Source: Eledone cirrhosa (lineage: Eukaryota). From it: DNA of 64,000 bases. Positions 39,429 to 59,000 of the stretch are shown here, in pieces. The translations under genes and the position numbers were made by a program. The DNA lies in NCBI GenBank assembly GCA_964016885.1, contig OZ024742.1, positions 344,472,001 through 344,536,000 of the forward strand. Direction: 5' to 3'. The notes beneath the pieces were generated by a model, which saw only the letters and a list, made by a program, of their open reading frames with translations, had not been told where the DNA came from and made no database searches. Position 1 is the stretch's first letter. The number at the start of each line of letters is the position of its first letter.

Positions 39429-39707
39429 CTGGACAACTATGCCTATCTGATGTACACTTTGATAGTTATATCTTTCTGATAAGAATCCTTAACCCTTGGC
39501 GTGTCTTTCAATGGAAAGACTCTGGAAGAGTTCTTTAATCTAAGAATAATACCATTTACTGTAATTAAGTTACAGGTGACACTGTGGCTTCTAACAATAT
39601 ACGGTACACTTTCTTCTTCTATTTTCAAACAATACCATCTCAGCTGTCTCTGCAGCTTGATTGTATATAGATTGTATATATGCATGTATATACTCACATA
39701 TGTGTAT

Positions 39708-39816
<109 letters not shown>

Positions 39817-39852
39817 ATATATATACACGCGCACACACCCAAACACACACAC

Positions 39853-39889
<37 letters not shown>

Positions 39890-39909
39890 CTTGCGTGTGT
39901 ATATAGACA

Positions 39910-39959
<50 letters not shown>

Positions 39960-40009
39960 TCATGAGACAAGTAATAAATATATATATATATACAGTCATT
40001 AGAGAAATA

Positions 40010-40048
<39 letters not shown>

Positions 40049-40513
40049 CTTATGTGTGTAAGGTTCGTCTGAGTGTATTAGTGTCTGCATGTATGTGTTG
40101 TATGCTGTGTGCGTGTGTGTGAGTGTGTGTATGTGCTGTATGCATTGTGTGTGTATGTGATTGTTATCTCTGCGTATGTGTGTATGTATGTGCTGTATGC
40201 AGTGTGTGTGTGTGTAAGTGTGTGTGTGTGTGAGTATGTGCTGTATGCATTGTGTGTGTGTGTATGTGCTGTATGCAGTTTGTGTGTATGCATGTGTATG
40301 TGTGTGTGTATGTGTATGTGTGTGTGAGTATGTATGTGTGTGTGTATGTATGTGTGTGATTGTTTGTGTTCATTTGTTTGAAAGGTCATTTTCGTATCGT
40401 TTCCTTGATTGTATCATTCGTTTGATATCCAGAGTTGATAGAATTGAGAGCAAATATTGAGCTGACGGCACAATATTAAAAACATCTGGTCAAACACAGC
40501 TTAGAACCACACA

Positions 40514-41078
40514 AACATATACACGAGCTCACATATACACCACCTCACACATATATACACCACCTCACATATATATACACCACCAAACATATATATATAC
40601 ACCACTTCACACATATATACACCAGCACACACACATATATATATATACACTACCTCACATATATATACACCACCTCACATATATACCACCTCACACATAT
40701 ATACACCACCTCACACACATATACCACCTCACATATATATATACACCACCTCATATATATATACACCACCACACACATATATATATACCACCTCACACAC
40801 ACATATACAACACCTCACACATATATACACCACCACACATAGATATATACACCACCACATATATATATACACACACCATACATATATATATACACCACAT
40901 CGCACATATACATACCACCACACATATATATACACCATCTCACACATATATATACACCACCTCACATATATATACACCACCTCACATAAATATATACACA
41001 ACCTCACACATATATATACACCACCTCACACACACCACCTCACACACATACACCACCTCACACACATATACACCACAT
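40514..41078. repeat. ~20-24-bp minisatellite CACCACCTCACA(CA/TA)nTATA
   Basis: About 25 tandem units of variable length. Confidence 0.9.
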
Positions 41079-41094
41079 TAGCTTAGAACCGCAC

Positions 41095-44000
41095 ACAGAT
41101 ACATACCATGCGATACACACAATACATACCATGCCATACACACAATACACACTATGCCCTACACACAGATACACACCATGCCATACACACAATACACACC
41201 ATGCCATACACATAGATACACACCATACCATACACACAGATACATACCATGCCATACAAACAGATACACACGATGCCATACACACAGATATATAACATGC
41301 CACACACACAGATATATAACATGCCACACACACAGATACACACCATGCAATACACACAAATACATACCATGCCATACACACAGATACATACCATGCGATA
41401 CACACAAATACACACCATGCCATACAAACAAATACCTACCATGCCATGCACACAGATACACACCATGTCATACACACAGATACATACCATGCCATACACA
41501 CAGATATATAACATGCCATACACAGAGATACATACAACGCGATACACACAGATACATACCATGCCATACAAACAAATACCTACCATGCCATACACACAGA
41601 TACATACCATGTCATACACACATATACATACCATGCGATGCACAGAGATACACACCATGCCATACACACATATACACACCATTCCATACACACAAATACA
41701 TACCATGTCATACAGAGATACATACCATGCCATACACACAGATACACACCATGCCATACACACAGATACACACCGTGCCATACACACATATACACACCAT
41801 GCCATATACACACCGTGCCATACACACAGATACACACCATGCCATACACACAGATACACACCATGCCATACACACAGATACATACCATACCATACACACA
41901 GATACATACCATGCCATACACACAGATAGATACCATGCCATACACACATATACACACCATGCCATACACACAGATATATACCATGACATAAACACAGATA
42001 CATACCATGCCATACACAAAATACATAACATGTCATACACACAGATACACACCATGTCATACACACAGATACATACCATGCCATACACACAGATACACAT
42101 CATGCCATACACACAATACACACCATGTCATACACACAGATACATACCATGCCATACACACAGATACATACCATGCCATACACACAGATACACACCATGC
42201 CATACACACAGATACACACCATGTCATACACGCAGATACATACCATGCCATACACATAGATACACATCATGCCATACACACAATACACACCATGTCATAC
42301 ACACAGATAAATACCATGTCTTACACACAGATACACACCATGCCATACACACAGATACACACCATGCCATACACACAGATACACACCATGGCATACACAC
42401 AGATACATACCATGCCATACACACAGATACACACCATGTCATACACACAGATACACACCATGCCATACACACAGATACACACCATGCCATACACACATAT
42501 ATATACCATGGCATACACACAGATACATACCATGTCATACACACAGATACATACCATGCCATACACACAGATACACACCATGTCATACACACAGATACAT
42601 ACCATGCCACACACACAGATACATATCATGCCATACACACAATACACACCATGTCATACACACAGATACATACCATGCCATACACACAGATACACACCAT
42701 GCCATATGCACAGATACATACCATGCCATACATACAGATACATACCATGTCATACACACAGATACATACCATGCCATACACAGAGATACATACCATGCCA
42801 TACACACAGATACACACCATGTCATACACAGAGATACATACCATGCCATACACACAGATACATACCATGCCATACACACAGATACATACCATGGCATACA
42901 CACAGATACACATCATGCCATACACACAGATACACACAATGCCATACATACAGATACATACCATGCCAAACACACAGATAATCACCATGCCATACACACA
43001 TATATATATACCATGCCCTACACACAGATACATACCATGCCATACACACAATACACACAATGCCATACACACAGATACACACCATGCATTACGCACAGAT
43101 ACATACCATGCCTTACGCACAGATACACACCATGCCATACACACATATACACACCGTGCCATACACACAGATACACACCATGCCATACACACAGATACAC
43201 ACCATGCCATACACACAGATACATACCATGTCATACACACATATACATACCATGCCATACACACAGATACACACAATGGCATACACACAGATACACACCA
43301 TGCCATACACACAGATACATACCATGCCATACACACAGATACATAACATGCCATACACACAGATACACACCATGTCATATGCACAGATACATACCATGCC
43401 ATACGCACAGATACATACAATGCCATACACACATATATATACCATGCCCTACACACAGATACATACCATGCCATACACACAATACACACCATGCCATACA
43501 CACAGATACACACCATGCATTACGCACAGATACATACCATGCCTTACGCACAGATACACACCATGCCATACACACATATACACACCGTGCCATACACACA
43601 GATACACACCATGCCATACACACAGATACACACCATGCCATACACACAGATACATACCATGTCATACACACATATACATACCATGCCATACACACAGATA
43701 CACACAATGGCATACACACAGATACACACCATGCCATACACACAGATACATACCATGCCATACACACAGATACATAACATGCCATACACACAGATACACA
43801 CCATGTCATATGCACAGATACATACCATGCCATACGCACAGATACATACCATGCCATACACACATATATATACCATGCCCTACACACAGATACATACCAT
43901 GCCATACACACAATACACACCATGCCATACACACAGATACACACCATGCCATACGCACAGATACATACCATGCCATACACACAGCTACACACCATGCCAT

Positions 44001-47000
44001 ACACACAGATACATACCATGCCATACACACAGATACATACCATGCCATACACACAGATACATACCATGCCATACACACAGATACACACCATGCCATACAC
44101 ACAGATACACACCATGTCATACACACAGATACATACCATGCCATACACACAGATACACACCATGTCATACACACAGATACACACCATGCCATACGCACAG
44201 ATACATACCATGCCATACACACAATACACACCATGCTATACACAGAGATACACACCATGCCATACACACAGATACACAGCATGCCATACGCACAGATACA
44301 TACCATGCCATACACACAGATACATACCATGCCATACACACAGATACACACCATGCCATACACACAGATACATACCATGCCATACACACAGATACACACC
44401 ATGCCATACGCACAGATACATACCATGCCAAACTCACAGATAAACACCATGCCATACACACAGATATATACCATGTCATACACACAGATACACACCTTAC
44501 CATACACACAGATACACACCATGTCATACACACAGATACATACCATGCCAAATTTACAGATAAACACCATGCCATACATACAGATATATACCATGCCATA
44601 CACACAGATAGACACCATGTCATACACAGAGATACATACCATGCCATACACACAGATACATACCATGGCATACACACAGATACATACCATGGCATATACA
44701 CAGATACACACCATGGCATACACACAGATACACACCATGCCATACACACAACAATACACACCATGTCATACACACAGATACACAACATGCAATACACACA
44801 AATACATACCATGCCATACACACAGATACATACCATGCGATACACACAAATACACACCATGCCATACAAACAAATACCTACCATGCCATACACACAGATA
44901 CACACCATGTCATACACACAGATACATACCATGCCATACACACAGATATATAACATGCCATACACAGAGATACATACAACGCGATACACACAGATACATA
45001 CCATGCCATACAAACAAATACCTACCATGCCATACACACAGATACATACCATGTCATACACACAGATACATACCATGCGATACACAGAGATACACACCAT
45101 GCTATACACACATATACACACCATTCCATACACACAAATACATACCATGTCATACAGAGATACATACCATGCCATACACACAGATACACACCATGCCATA
45201 CACACAGATACACACCGTGCCATACACACAGATACACACCATGCCATATACACACCGTGCCATACACACAGATACACACCATGCCATACACACAGATACA
45301 CACCATGCCATACACACAGATACATACCATACCATACACACAGATACATACCATGCCATACACACAGATAGATACCATGCCATACACACATATACACACC
45401 ATGCCATACACACAGATACACATCATACCATACACACAATACACACCATGTCATACACACAGATACATACCATGCCATACACACAGATACATACCATGCC
45501 ATACACACAGATACACACCATGCCATACACACAGATACACACCATGTCATACACGCAGATACATACCATGCCATACACACAGATACACATCATGCCATAC
45601 ACACAATACACACCATGTCATACACACAGATAAATACCATGTCTTACACACAGATACACACCATGCCATACACACAGATACACACCATGCCATACACACA
45701 GATACACACCATGGCATACACACAGATACATACCATGCCATACACACAGATACACACCATGCCATACACACCGATACACACCATGCCATACACACAGATA
45801 CACACCATGCCATACACACATATATATACAATGGCATACACACAGATACATACCATGTCATACACACAGATACATACCATGCCATACACACAGATACACA
45901 CCATGTCATACACACAGATACATACCATGCCACACACACAGATACACATCATGCCATACACACAATACACACCATGTCATACACACAGATACATACCATG
46001 CCATACACACAGATACACACCATGCCATATGCACAGATACATACCATGCCATACACACAGATACATACCATGTCATACACACAGATACATACCATGCCAT
46101 ACACAGAGATACATACCATGCCATACACACAGATACACACCATGTCATACACAGAGATACATACCATGCCATACACACAGATACATACCATGGCATACAC
46201 ACAGATACACATCATGCCATACACACAGATACACACAATGCCATACATACAGATACATACCATGCCAAACACACAGATAAACACCATGCCATACACACAT
46301 ATATACATACCATGCCCAACACACAGATACATACCATGCCGTACACACAATACACACCATGCCATACACAGAGATACACACCATGCATTACGCACAGATA
46401 CATACCATGCCTTACGCACAGATACACACCATGCCATACACACATATACACACCGTGCCATACACACAGATACACACCATGCCATACACACAGATACACA
46501 CCATGCCATACACACAGATACATACCATGTCATACACACATATACATACCATGCCATACACACAGATACACACAATGGCATACACACAGATACACACCAT
46601 GCCATACACACAGATACATACCATGCCATACACACAGATACATAACATGCCATACACACAGATACACACCATGCCATACACACGGATACATACCATGTCA
46701 TACACACAGATACACACCATGCCATATGCACAGATACATACCATGCCATACGCACAGATACATACCATGCCATACACACATATATATACCATGCCCTACA
46801 CACAGATACATACCATGCCATACACACAATACACACCATGCCATACACACAGATACATACCATGCCATACGCACAGATACATACCATGCCATACACACAG
46901 CTACACACCATGCCATACACACAGATACATACCATGCCATACACACAGATACATACCATGCCATACACACAGATACATACCATGCCATACACACAGATAC

Positions 47001-50000
47001 ACACCATGCCATACACACAGATACACACAATGTCATACACACAGATACATACCATGCCATACACACAGATACACACCATGTCATACACACAGATACACAC
47101 CATGCCATACGCACAGATACATACCATGCCATAAACACAATACACACCATGCTATACACAGAGATACACACCATGCCATACACACAGATACACAGCATGC
47201 CATACGCACAGATACATACCATGCCATACACACAGATACATACCATGCCATACACACAGATACACACCATGCCATACACACAGATACATACCATGCCATA
47301 CACACAGATACACACCATGCCATACGCACAGATACATACCATGCCAAACTCACAGATAAACACCATGCCATACACACAGATATATACCATGTCATACACA
47401 CAGATACACACCATACCATACACACAGATACACACCATGTCATACACACAGATACACACCATGCCAAATTTACAGATAAACACCATGCCATACACACAGA
47501 TATATACCATGCCATACACACAGATACACACCATGTCATACACAGAGATACATACCATGCCATACACACAGATACATACCATGGCATACACACAGATACA
47601 TACCATGGCATATACACAGATACACACCATGGCATACACACAGATACACACCATGCCATACACACAACAATACACACCATGTCATACACACAGATACACA
47701 ACATGCAATACACACAAATACATACCATGCCATACACACAGATACATACCATGCGATACACACAAATACACACCATGCCATACAAACAAATAACTACCAT
47801 GCCATACACACAGATACATACCATGTCATACACACAGATACATACCATGCGATACACAGAGATACACACCATGCTATACACACATATACACACCATTCCA
47901 TACACACAAATACATACCATGTCATACAGAGATACATACCATGCCATACACACAGATACACACCATGCCATACACACAGATACACACCGTGCCATACACA
48001 CAGATACACACCATGCCATATACACACCGTGCCATACACACAGATACACACCATGCCATACACACAGATACACACCATGCCATACACACAGATACATACC
48101 ATACCATACACACAGATACATACCATGCCATACACACAGATAGATACCATGTAATACACACATATACACACCATGCCATACACACAGATATATACCATGA
48201 CATAAACACAGATACATACCATGCCATAAACAAAATACATACCATGTCATACACACAGATACACACCATGTCATACACACAGATACATACCATGCCATAC
48301 ACACAGATACACATCATGCCATACACACAATACACACCATGTCATACACACAGATACATACCATGCCATACACACAGATACATACCATGCCATACACACA
48401 GATACACACCATGTCATACACACAGATACACACCATGTCATACACACAGATACATACCATGCCATACACACAGATACACATCATGCCATACACACAATAC
48501 ACACCATGTCATACACACAGATACACACCATGCCATACACACAGATACACACCATGCCATACACACAGATACACACCATGGCATACACACATATACATAC
48601 CATGCCATACACACAGATACACACCATGTCATACACACAGATACACACCATGCCATACACACAGATACACACCATGCCATACACACATATATATACCATG
48701 GCATACACACAGATATATACCATGCCATACACACAGATACATACCATGCCATACACACAATACACACCATGTCATACACACAGATACATACCATGCCATA
48801 CACACAGATACACACCATGCCATATGCACAGATACATACCATGCCATACACACAGATACATACCATGTCATACACACAGATACATACCATGCCATACACA
48901 GAGATACATACCATGTGATACACACAGATACATACCATGTCATACACAGAGATAATACCATGCCATACACACAGATACATAACATGCCCTACACACAGAT
49001 ACATACCATGCCATACACACAATACACACAATGCCATACACACAGATACACACCATGCATTACGCACAGATACATACCATGCCTTACGCACAGATACACA
49101 CCATGCCATACACACATATACACACCGTGCCATACACACAGATACACACCATGCCATACACACAGATACACACCATGCCATACACACAGATACATACCAT
49201 GTCATACACACATATACATACCATGCCATACACACAGATACACACAATGGCATACACACAGATACACACCATGCCATACACACAGATACATACCATGCCA
49301 TACACACAGATACATAACATGCCATACACACAGATACACACCATGTCATATGCACAGATACATACCATGCCATACGCACAGATACATACAATGCCATACA
49401 CACATATATATACCATGCCCTACACACAGATACATACCATGCCATACACACAATACACACCATGCCATACACACAACAATACACACCATGTCATACACAC
49501 AGATACACAACATGCAATACACACAAATACATACCATGCCATACACACAGATACATACCATGCGATACACACAAATACACACCATGCCATACAAACAAAT
49601 ACCTACCATGCCATACACACAGATACACACCATGTCATACACACAGATACATACCATGCCATACACACAGATATATAACATGCCATACACAGAGATACAT
49701 ACAACGCGATACACACAGATACATACCATGCCATACAAACAAATACCTACCATGCCATACACACAGATACATACCATGTCATACACACAGATACATACCA
49801 TGCGATACACAGAGATACACACCATGCTATACACACATATACACACCATTCCATACACACAAATACATACCATGTCATACAGAGATACATACCATGCCAT
49901 ACACACAGATACACACCATGCCATACACACAGATACACACCGTGCCATACACACAGATACACACCATGCCATATACACACCGTGCCATACACACAGATAC

Positions 50001-53000
50001 ACACCATGCCATACACACAGATACACACCATGCCATACACACAGATACATACCATACCATACACACAGATACATACCATGCCATACACACAGATAGATAC
50101 CATGCCATACACACATATACACACCATGCCATACACACAGATACACATCATACCATACACACAATACACACCATGTCATACACACAGATACATACCATGC
50201 CATACACACAGATACATACCATGCCATACACACAGATACACACCATGCCATACACACAGATACACACCATGTCATACACGCAGATACATACCATGCCATA
50301 CACACAGATACACATCATGCCATACACACAATACACACCATGTCATACACACAGATAAATACCATGTCTTACACACAGATACACACCATGCCATACACAC
50401 AGATACACACCATGCCATACACACAGATACACACCATGGCATACACACAGATACATACCATGCCATACACACAGATACACACCATGCCATACACACCGAT
50501 ACACACCATGCCATACACACAGATACACACCATGCCATACACACATATATATACAATGGCATACACACAGATACATACCATGTCATACACACAGATACAT
50601 ACCATGCCATACACACAGATACACACCATGTCATACACACAGATACATACCATGCCACACACACAGATACACATCATGCCATACACACAATACACACCAT
50701 GTCATACACACAGATACATACCATGCCATACACACAGATACACACCATGCCATATGCACAGATACATACCATGCCATACACACAGATACATACCATGTCA
50801 TACACACAGATACATACCATGCCATACACAGAGATACATACCATGCCATACACACAGATACACACCATGTCATACACAGAGATACATACCATGCCATACA
50901 CACAGATACATACCATGGCATACACACAGATACACATCATGCCATACACACAGATACACACAATGCCATACATACAGATACATACCATGCCAAACACACA
51001 GATAAACACCATGCCATACACACATATATACATACCATGCCCAACACACAGATACATACCATGCCGTACACACAATACACACCATGCCATACACAGAGAT
51101 ACACACCATGCATTACGCACAGATACATACCATGCCTTACGCACAGATACACACCATGCCATACACACATATACACACCGTGCCATACACACAGATACAC
51201 ACCATGCCATACACACAGATACACACCATGCCATACACACAGATACATACCATGTCATACACACATATACATACCATGCCATACACACAGATACACACAA
51301 TGGCATACACACAGATACACACCATGCCATACACACAGATACATACCATGCCATACACACAGATACATAACATGCCATACACACAGATACACACCATGCC
51401 ATACACACGGATACATACCATGTCATACACACAGATACACACCATGCCATATGCACAGATACATACCATGCCATACGCACAGATACATACCATGCCATAC
51501 ACACATATATATACCATGCCCTACACACAGATACATACCATGCCATACACACAATACACACCATGCCATACACACAGATACATACCATGCCATACGCACA
51601 GATACATACCATGCCATACACACAGCTACACACCATGCCATACACACAGATACATACCATGCCATACACACAGATACATACCATGCCATACACACAGATA
51701 CATACCATGCCATACACACAGATACACACCATGCCATACACACAGATACACACAATGTCATACACACAGATACATACCATGCCATACACACAGATACACA
51801 CCATGTCATACACACAGATACACACCATGCCATACGCACAGATACATACCATGCCATAAACACAATACACACCATGCTATACACAGAGATACACACCATG
51901 CCATACACACAGATACACAGCATGCCATACGCACAGATACATACCATGCCATACACACAGATACATACCATGCCATACACACAGATACACACCATGCCAT
52001 ACACACAGATACATACCATGCCATACACACAGATACACACCATGCCATACGCACAGATACATACCATGCCAAACTCACAGATAAACACCATGCCATACAC
52101 ACAGATATATACCATGTCATACACACAGATACACACCATACCATACACACAGATACACACCATGTCATACACACAGATACACACCATGCCAAATTTACAG
52201 ATAAACACCATGCCATACACACAGATATATACCATGCCATACACACAGATACACACCATGTCATACACAGAGATACATACCATGCCATACACACAGATAC
52301 ATACCATGGCATACACACAGATACATACCATGGCATATACACAGATACACACCATGGCATACACACAGATACACACCATGCCATACACACAACAATACAC
52401 ACCATGTCATACACACAGATACACAACATGCAATACACACAAATACATACCATGCCATACACACAGATACATACCATGCGATACACACAAATACACACCA
52501 TGCCATACAAACAAATAACTACCATGCCATACACACAGATACATACCATGTCATACACACAGATACATACCATGCGATACACAGAGATACACACCATGCT
52601 ATACACACATATACACACCATTCCATACACACAAATACATACCATGTCATACAGAGATACATACCATGCCATACACACAGATACACACCATGCCATACAC
52701 ACAGATACACACCGTGCCATACACACAGATACACACCATGCCATATACACACCGTGCCATACACACAGATACACACCATGCCATACACACAGATACACAC
52801 CATGCCATACACACAGATACATACCATACCATACACACAGATACATACCATGCCATACACACAGATAGATACCATGTAATACACACATATACACACCATG
52901 CCATACACACAGATATATACCATGACATAAACACAGATACATACCATGCCATAAACAAAATACATACCATGTCATACACACAGATACACACCATGTCATA

Positions 53001-56000
53001 CACACAGATACATACCATGCCATACACACAGATACACATCATGCCATACACACAATACACACCATGTCATACACACAGATACATACCATGCCATACACAC
53101 AGATACATACCATGCCATACACACAGATACACACCATGTCATACACACAGATACACACCATGTCATACACACAGATACATACCATGCCATACACACAGAT
53201 ACACATCATGCCATACACACAATACACACCATGTCATACACACAGATACACACCATGCCATACACACAGATACACACCATGCCATACACACAGATACACA
53301 CCATGGCATACACACATATACATACCATGCCATACACACAGATACACACCATGTCATACACACAGATACACACCATGCCATACACACAGATACACACCAT
53401 GCCATACACACATATATATACCATGGCATACACACAGATATATACCATGCCATACACACAGATACATACCATGCCATACACACAATACACACCATGTCAT
53501 ACACACAGATACATACCATGCCATACACACAGATACACACCATGCCATATGCACAGATACATACCATGCCATACACACAGATACATACCATGTCATACAC
53601 ACAGATACATACCATGCCATACACAGAGATACATACCATGTGATACACACAGATACATACCATGTCATACACAGAGATAATACCATGCCATACACACAGA
53701 TACATAACATGCCCTACACACAGATACATACCATGCCATACACACAATACACACAATGCCATACACACAGATACACACCATGCATTACGCACAGATACAT
53801 ACCATGCCTTACGCACAGATACACACCATGCCATACACACATATACACACCGTGCCATACACACAGATACACACCATGCCATACACACAGATACACACCA
53901 TGCCATACACACAGATACATACCATGTCATACACACATATACATACCATGCCATACACACAGATACACACAATGGCATACACACAGATACACACCATGCC
54001 ATACACACAGATACATACCATGCCATACACACAGATACATAACATGCCATACACACAGATACACACCATGTCATATGCACAGATACATACCATGCCATAC
54101 GCACAGATACATACAATGCCATACACACATATATATACCATGCCCTACACACAGATACATACCATGCCATACACACAATACACACCATGCCATACACACA
54201 GATACACACCATGCATTACGCACAGATACATACCATGCCTTACGCACAGATACACACCATGCCATACACACATATACACACCGTGCCATACACACAGATA
54301 CACACCATGCCATACACACAGATACACACCATGCCATACACACAGATACATACCATGTCATACACACATATACATACCATGCCATACACACAGATACACA
54401 CAATGGCATACACACAGATACACACCATGCCATACACACAGATACATACCATGCCATACACACAGATACATAACATGCCATACACACAGATACACACCAT
54501 GCCATACACACAGATACACACCATGTCATACACACAGATACATACCATGCCATACACACAGATACACACCATGTCATACACACAGATACACACCATGCCA
54601 TACGCACAGATACATACCATGCCATACACACAATACACACCATGCTATACACAGAGATACACACCATGCCATACACACAGATACACAGCATGCCATACGC
54701 ACAGATACATACCATGCCATACACACAGATACATACCATGCCATACACACAGATACACACCATGCCATACACACAGATACATACCATGCCATACACACAG
54801 ATACACACCATGCCATACGCACAGATACATACCATGCCAAACTCACAGATAAACACCATGCCATACACACAGATATATACCATGTCATACACACAGATAC
54901 ACACCTTACCATACACACAGATACACACCATGTCATACACACAGATACATACCATGCCAAATTTACAGATAAACACCATGCCATACATACAGATATATAC
55001 CATGCCATACACACAGATAGACACCATGTCATACACAGAGATACATACCATGCCATACACACAGATACATACCATGGCATACACACAGATACATACCATG
55101 GCATATACACAGATACACACCATGGCATACACACAGATACACACCATGCCATACACACAACAATACACACCATGTCATACACACAGATACACAACATGCA
55201 ATACACACAAATACATACCATGCCATACACACAGATACATACCATGCGATACACACAAATACACACCATGCCATACAAACAAATACCTACCATGCCATAC
55301 ACACAGATACACACCATGTCATACACACAGATACATACCATGCCATACACACAGATATATAACATGCCATACACAGAGATACATACAACGCGATACACAC
55401 AGATACATACCATGCCATACAAACAAATACCTACCATGCCATACACACAGATACATACCATGTCATACACACAGATACATACCATGCGATACACAGAGAT
55501 ACACACCATGCTATACACACATATACACACCATTCCATACACACAAATACATACCATGTCATACAGAGATACATACCATGCCATACACACAGATACACAC
55601 CATGCCATACACACAGATACACACCGTGCCATACACACAGATACACACCATGCCATATACACACCGTGCCATACACACAGATACACACCATGCCATACAC
55701 ACAGATACACACCATGCCATACACACAGATACATACCATACCATACACACAGATACATACCATGCCATACACACAGATAGATACCATGCCATACACACAT
55801 ATACACACCATGCCATACACACAGATACACATCATACCATACACACAATACACACCATGTCATACACACAGATACATACCATGCCATACACACAGATACA
55901 TACCATGTCATACACACAGATACACACCATGCCATACACACAGATACACACCATGTCATACACGCAGATACATACCATGCCATACACACAGATACACATC

Positions 56001-59000
56001 ATGCCATACACACAATACACACCATGTCATACACACAGATAAATACCATGTCTTACACACAGATACACACCATGCCATACACACAGATACACACCATGCC
56101 ATACACACAGATACACACCATGGCATACACACAGATACATACCATGCCATACACACAGATACACACCATGCCATACACACCGATACACACCATGCCATAC
56201 ACACAGATACACACCATGCCATACACACATATATATACAATGGCATACACACAGATACATACCATGTCATACACACAGATACATACCATGCCATACACAC
56301 AGATACACACCATGTCATACACACAGATACATACCATGCCACACACACAGATACACATCATGCCATACACACAATACACACCATGTCATACACACAGATA
56401 CATACCATGCCATACACACAGATACACACCATGCCATATGCACAGATACATACCATGCCATACACACAGATACATACCATGTCATACACACAGATACATA
56501 CCATGCCATACACAGAGATACATACCATGCCATACACACAGATACACACCATGTCATACACAGAGATACATACCATGCCATACACACAGATACATACCAT
56601 GGCATACACACAGATACACATCATGCCATACACACAGATACACACAATGCCATACATACAGATACATACCATGCCAAACACACAGATAAACACCATGCCA
56701 TACACACATATATATATACCATGCCCAACACACAGATACATACCATGCCGTACACACAATACACACCATGCCATACACAGAGATACACACCATGCATTAC
56801 GCACAGATACATACCATGCCTTACGCACAGATACACACCATGCCATACACACATATACACACCGTGCCATACACACAGATACACACCATGCCATACACAC
56901 AGATACACACCATGCCATACACACAGATACATACCATGTCATACACACATATACATACCATGCCATACACACAGATACACACAATGGCATACACACAGAT
57001 ACACACCATGCCATACACACAGATACATACCATGCCATACACACAGATACATAACATGCCATACACACAGATACACACCATGCCATACACACGGATACAT
57101 ACCATGTCATACACACAGATACACACCATGCCATATGCACAGATACATACCATGCCATACGCACAGATACATACCATGCCATACACACATATATATACCA
57201 TGCCCTACACACAGATACATACCATGCCATACACACAATACACACCATGCCATACACACAGATACATACCATGCCATACGCACAGATACATACCATGCCA
57301 TACACACAGCTACACACCATGCCATACACACAGATACATACCATGCCATACACACAGATACATACCATGCCATACACACAGATACATACCATGCCATACA
57401 CACAGATACACACCATGCCATACACACAGATACACACAATGTCATACACACAGATACATACCATGCCATACACACAGATACACACCATGTCATACACACA
57501 GATACACACCATGCCATACGCACAGATACATACCATGCCATAAACACAATACACACCATGCTATACACAGAGATACACACCATGCCATACACACAGATAC
57601 ACAGCATGCCATACGCACAGATACATACCATGCCATACACACAGATACATACCATGCCATACACACAGATACACACCATGCCATACACACTGATACATAC
57701 CATGCCATACACACAGATACACACCATGCCATACGCACAGATACATACCATGCCAAACTCACAGATAAACACCATGCCATACACACAGATATATACCATG
57801 TCATACACACAGATACACACCATACCATACACACAGATACACACCATGTCATACACACAGATACACACCATGCCAAATTTACAGATAAACACCATGCCAT
57901 ACACACAGATATATACCATGCCATACACACAGATACACACCATGTCATACACAGAGATACATACCATGCCATACACACAGATACATACCATGGCATACAC
58001 ACAGATACATACCATGGCATATACACAGATACACACCATGGCATACACACAGATACACACCATGCCATACACACAACAATACACACCATGTCATACACAC
58101 AGATACACAACATGCAATACACACAAATACATACCATGCCATACACACAGATACATACCATGCGATACACACAAATACACACCATGCCATACAAACAAAT
58201 AACTACCATGCCATACACACAGATACATACCATGTCATACACACAGATACATACCATGCGATACACAGAGATACACACCATGCTATACACACATATACAC
58301 ACCATTCCATACACACAAATACATACCATGTCATACAGAGATACATACCATGCCATACACACAGATACACACCATGCCATACACACAGATACACACCGTG
58401 CCATACACACAGATACACACCATGCCATATACACACCGTGCCATACACACAGATACACACCATGCCATACACACAGATACACACCATGCCATACACACAG
58501 ATACATACCATACCATACACACAGATACATACCATGCCATACACACAGATAGATACCATGTAATACACACATATACACACCATGCCATACACACAGATAT
58601 ATACCATGACATAAACACAGATACATACCATGCCATAAACAAAATACATACCATGTCATACACACAGATACACACCATGTCATACACACAGATACATACC
58701 ATGCCATACACACAGATACACATCATGCCATACACACAATACACACCATGTCATACACACAGATACATACCATGCCATACACACAGATACATACCATGCC
58801 ATACACACAGATACACACCATGTCATACACACAGATACACACCATGTCATACACACAGATACATACCATGCCATACACACAGATACACATCATGCCATAC
58901 ACACAATACACACCATGTCATACACACAGATACACACCATGCCATACACACAGATACACACCATGCCATACACACAGATACACACCATGGCATACACACA

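Noticed and set aside
39470-39545. CTGATAA...GAAA hammerhead candidate
   Set aside because: C3.A8 mismatch and no convincing stem II.
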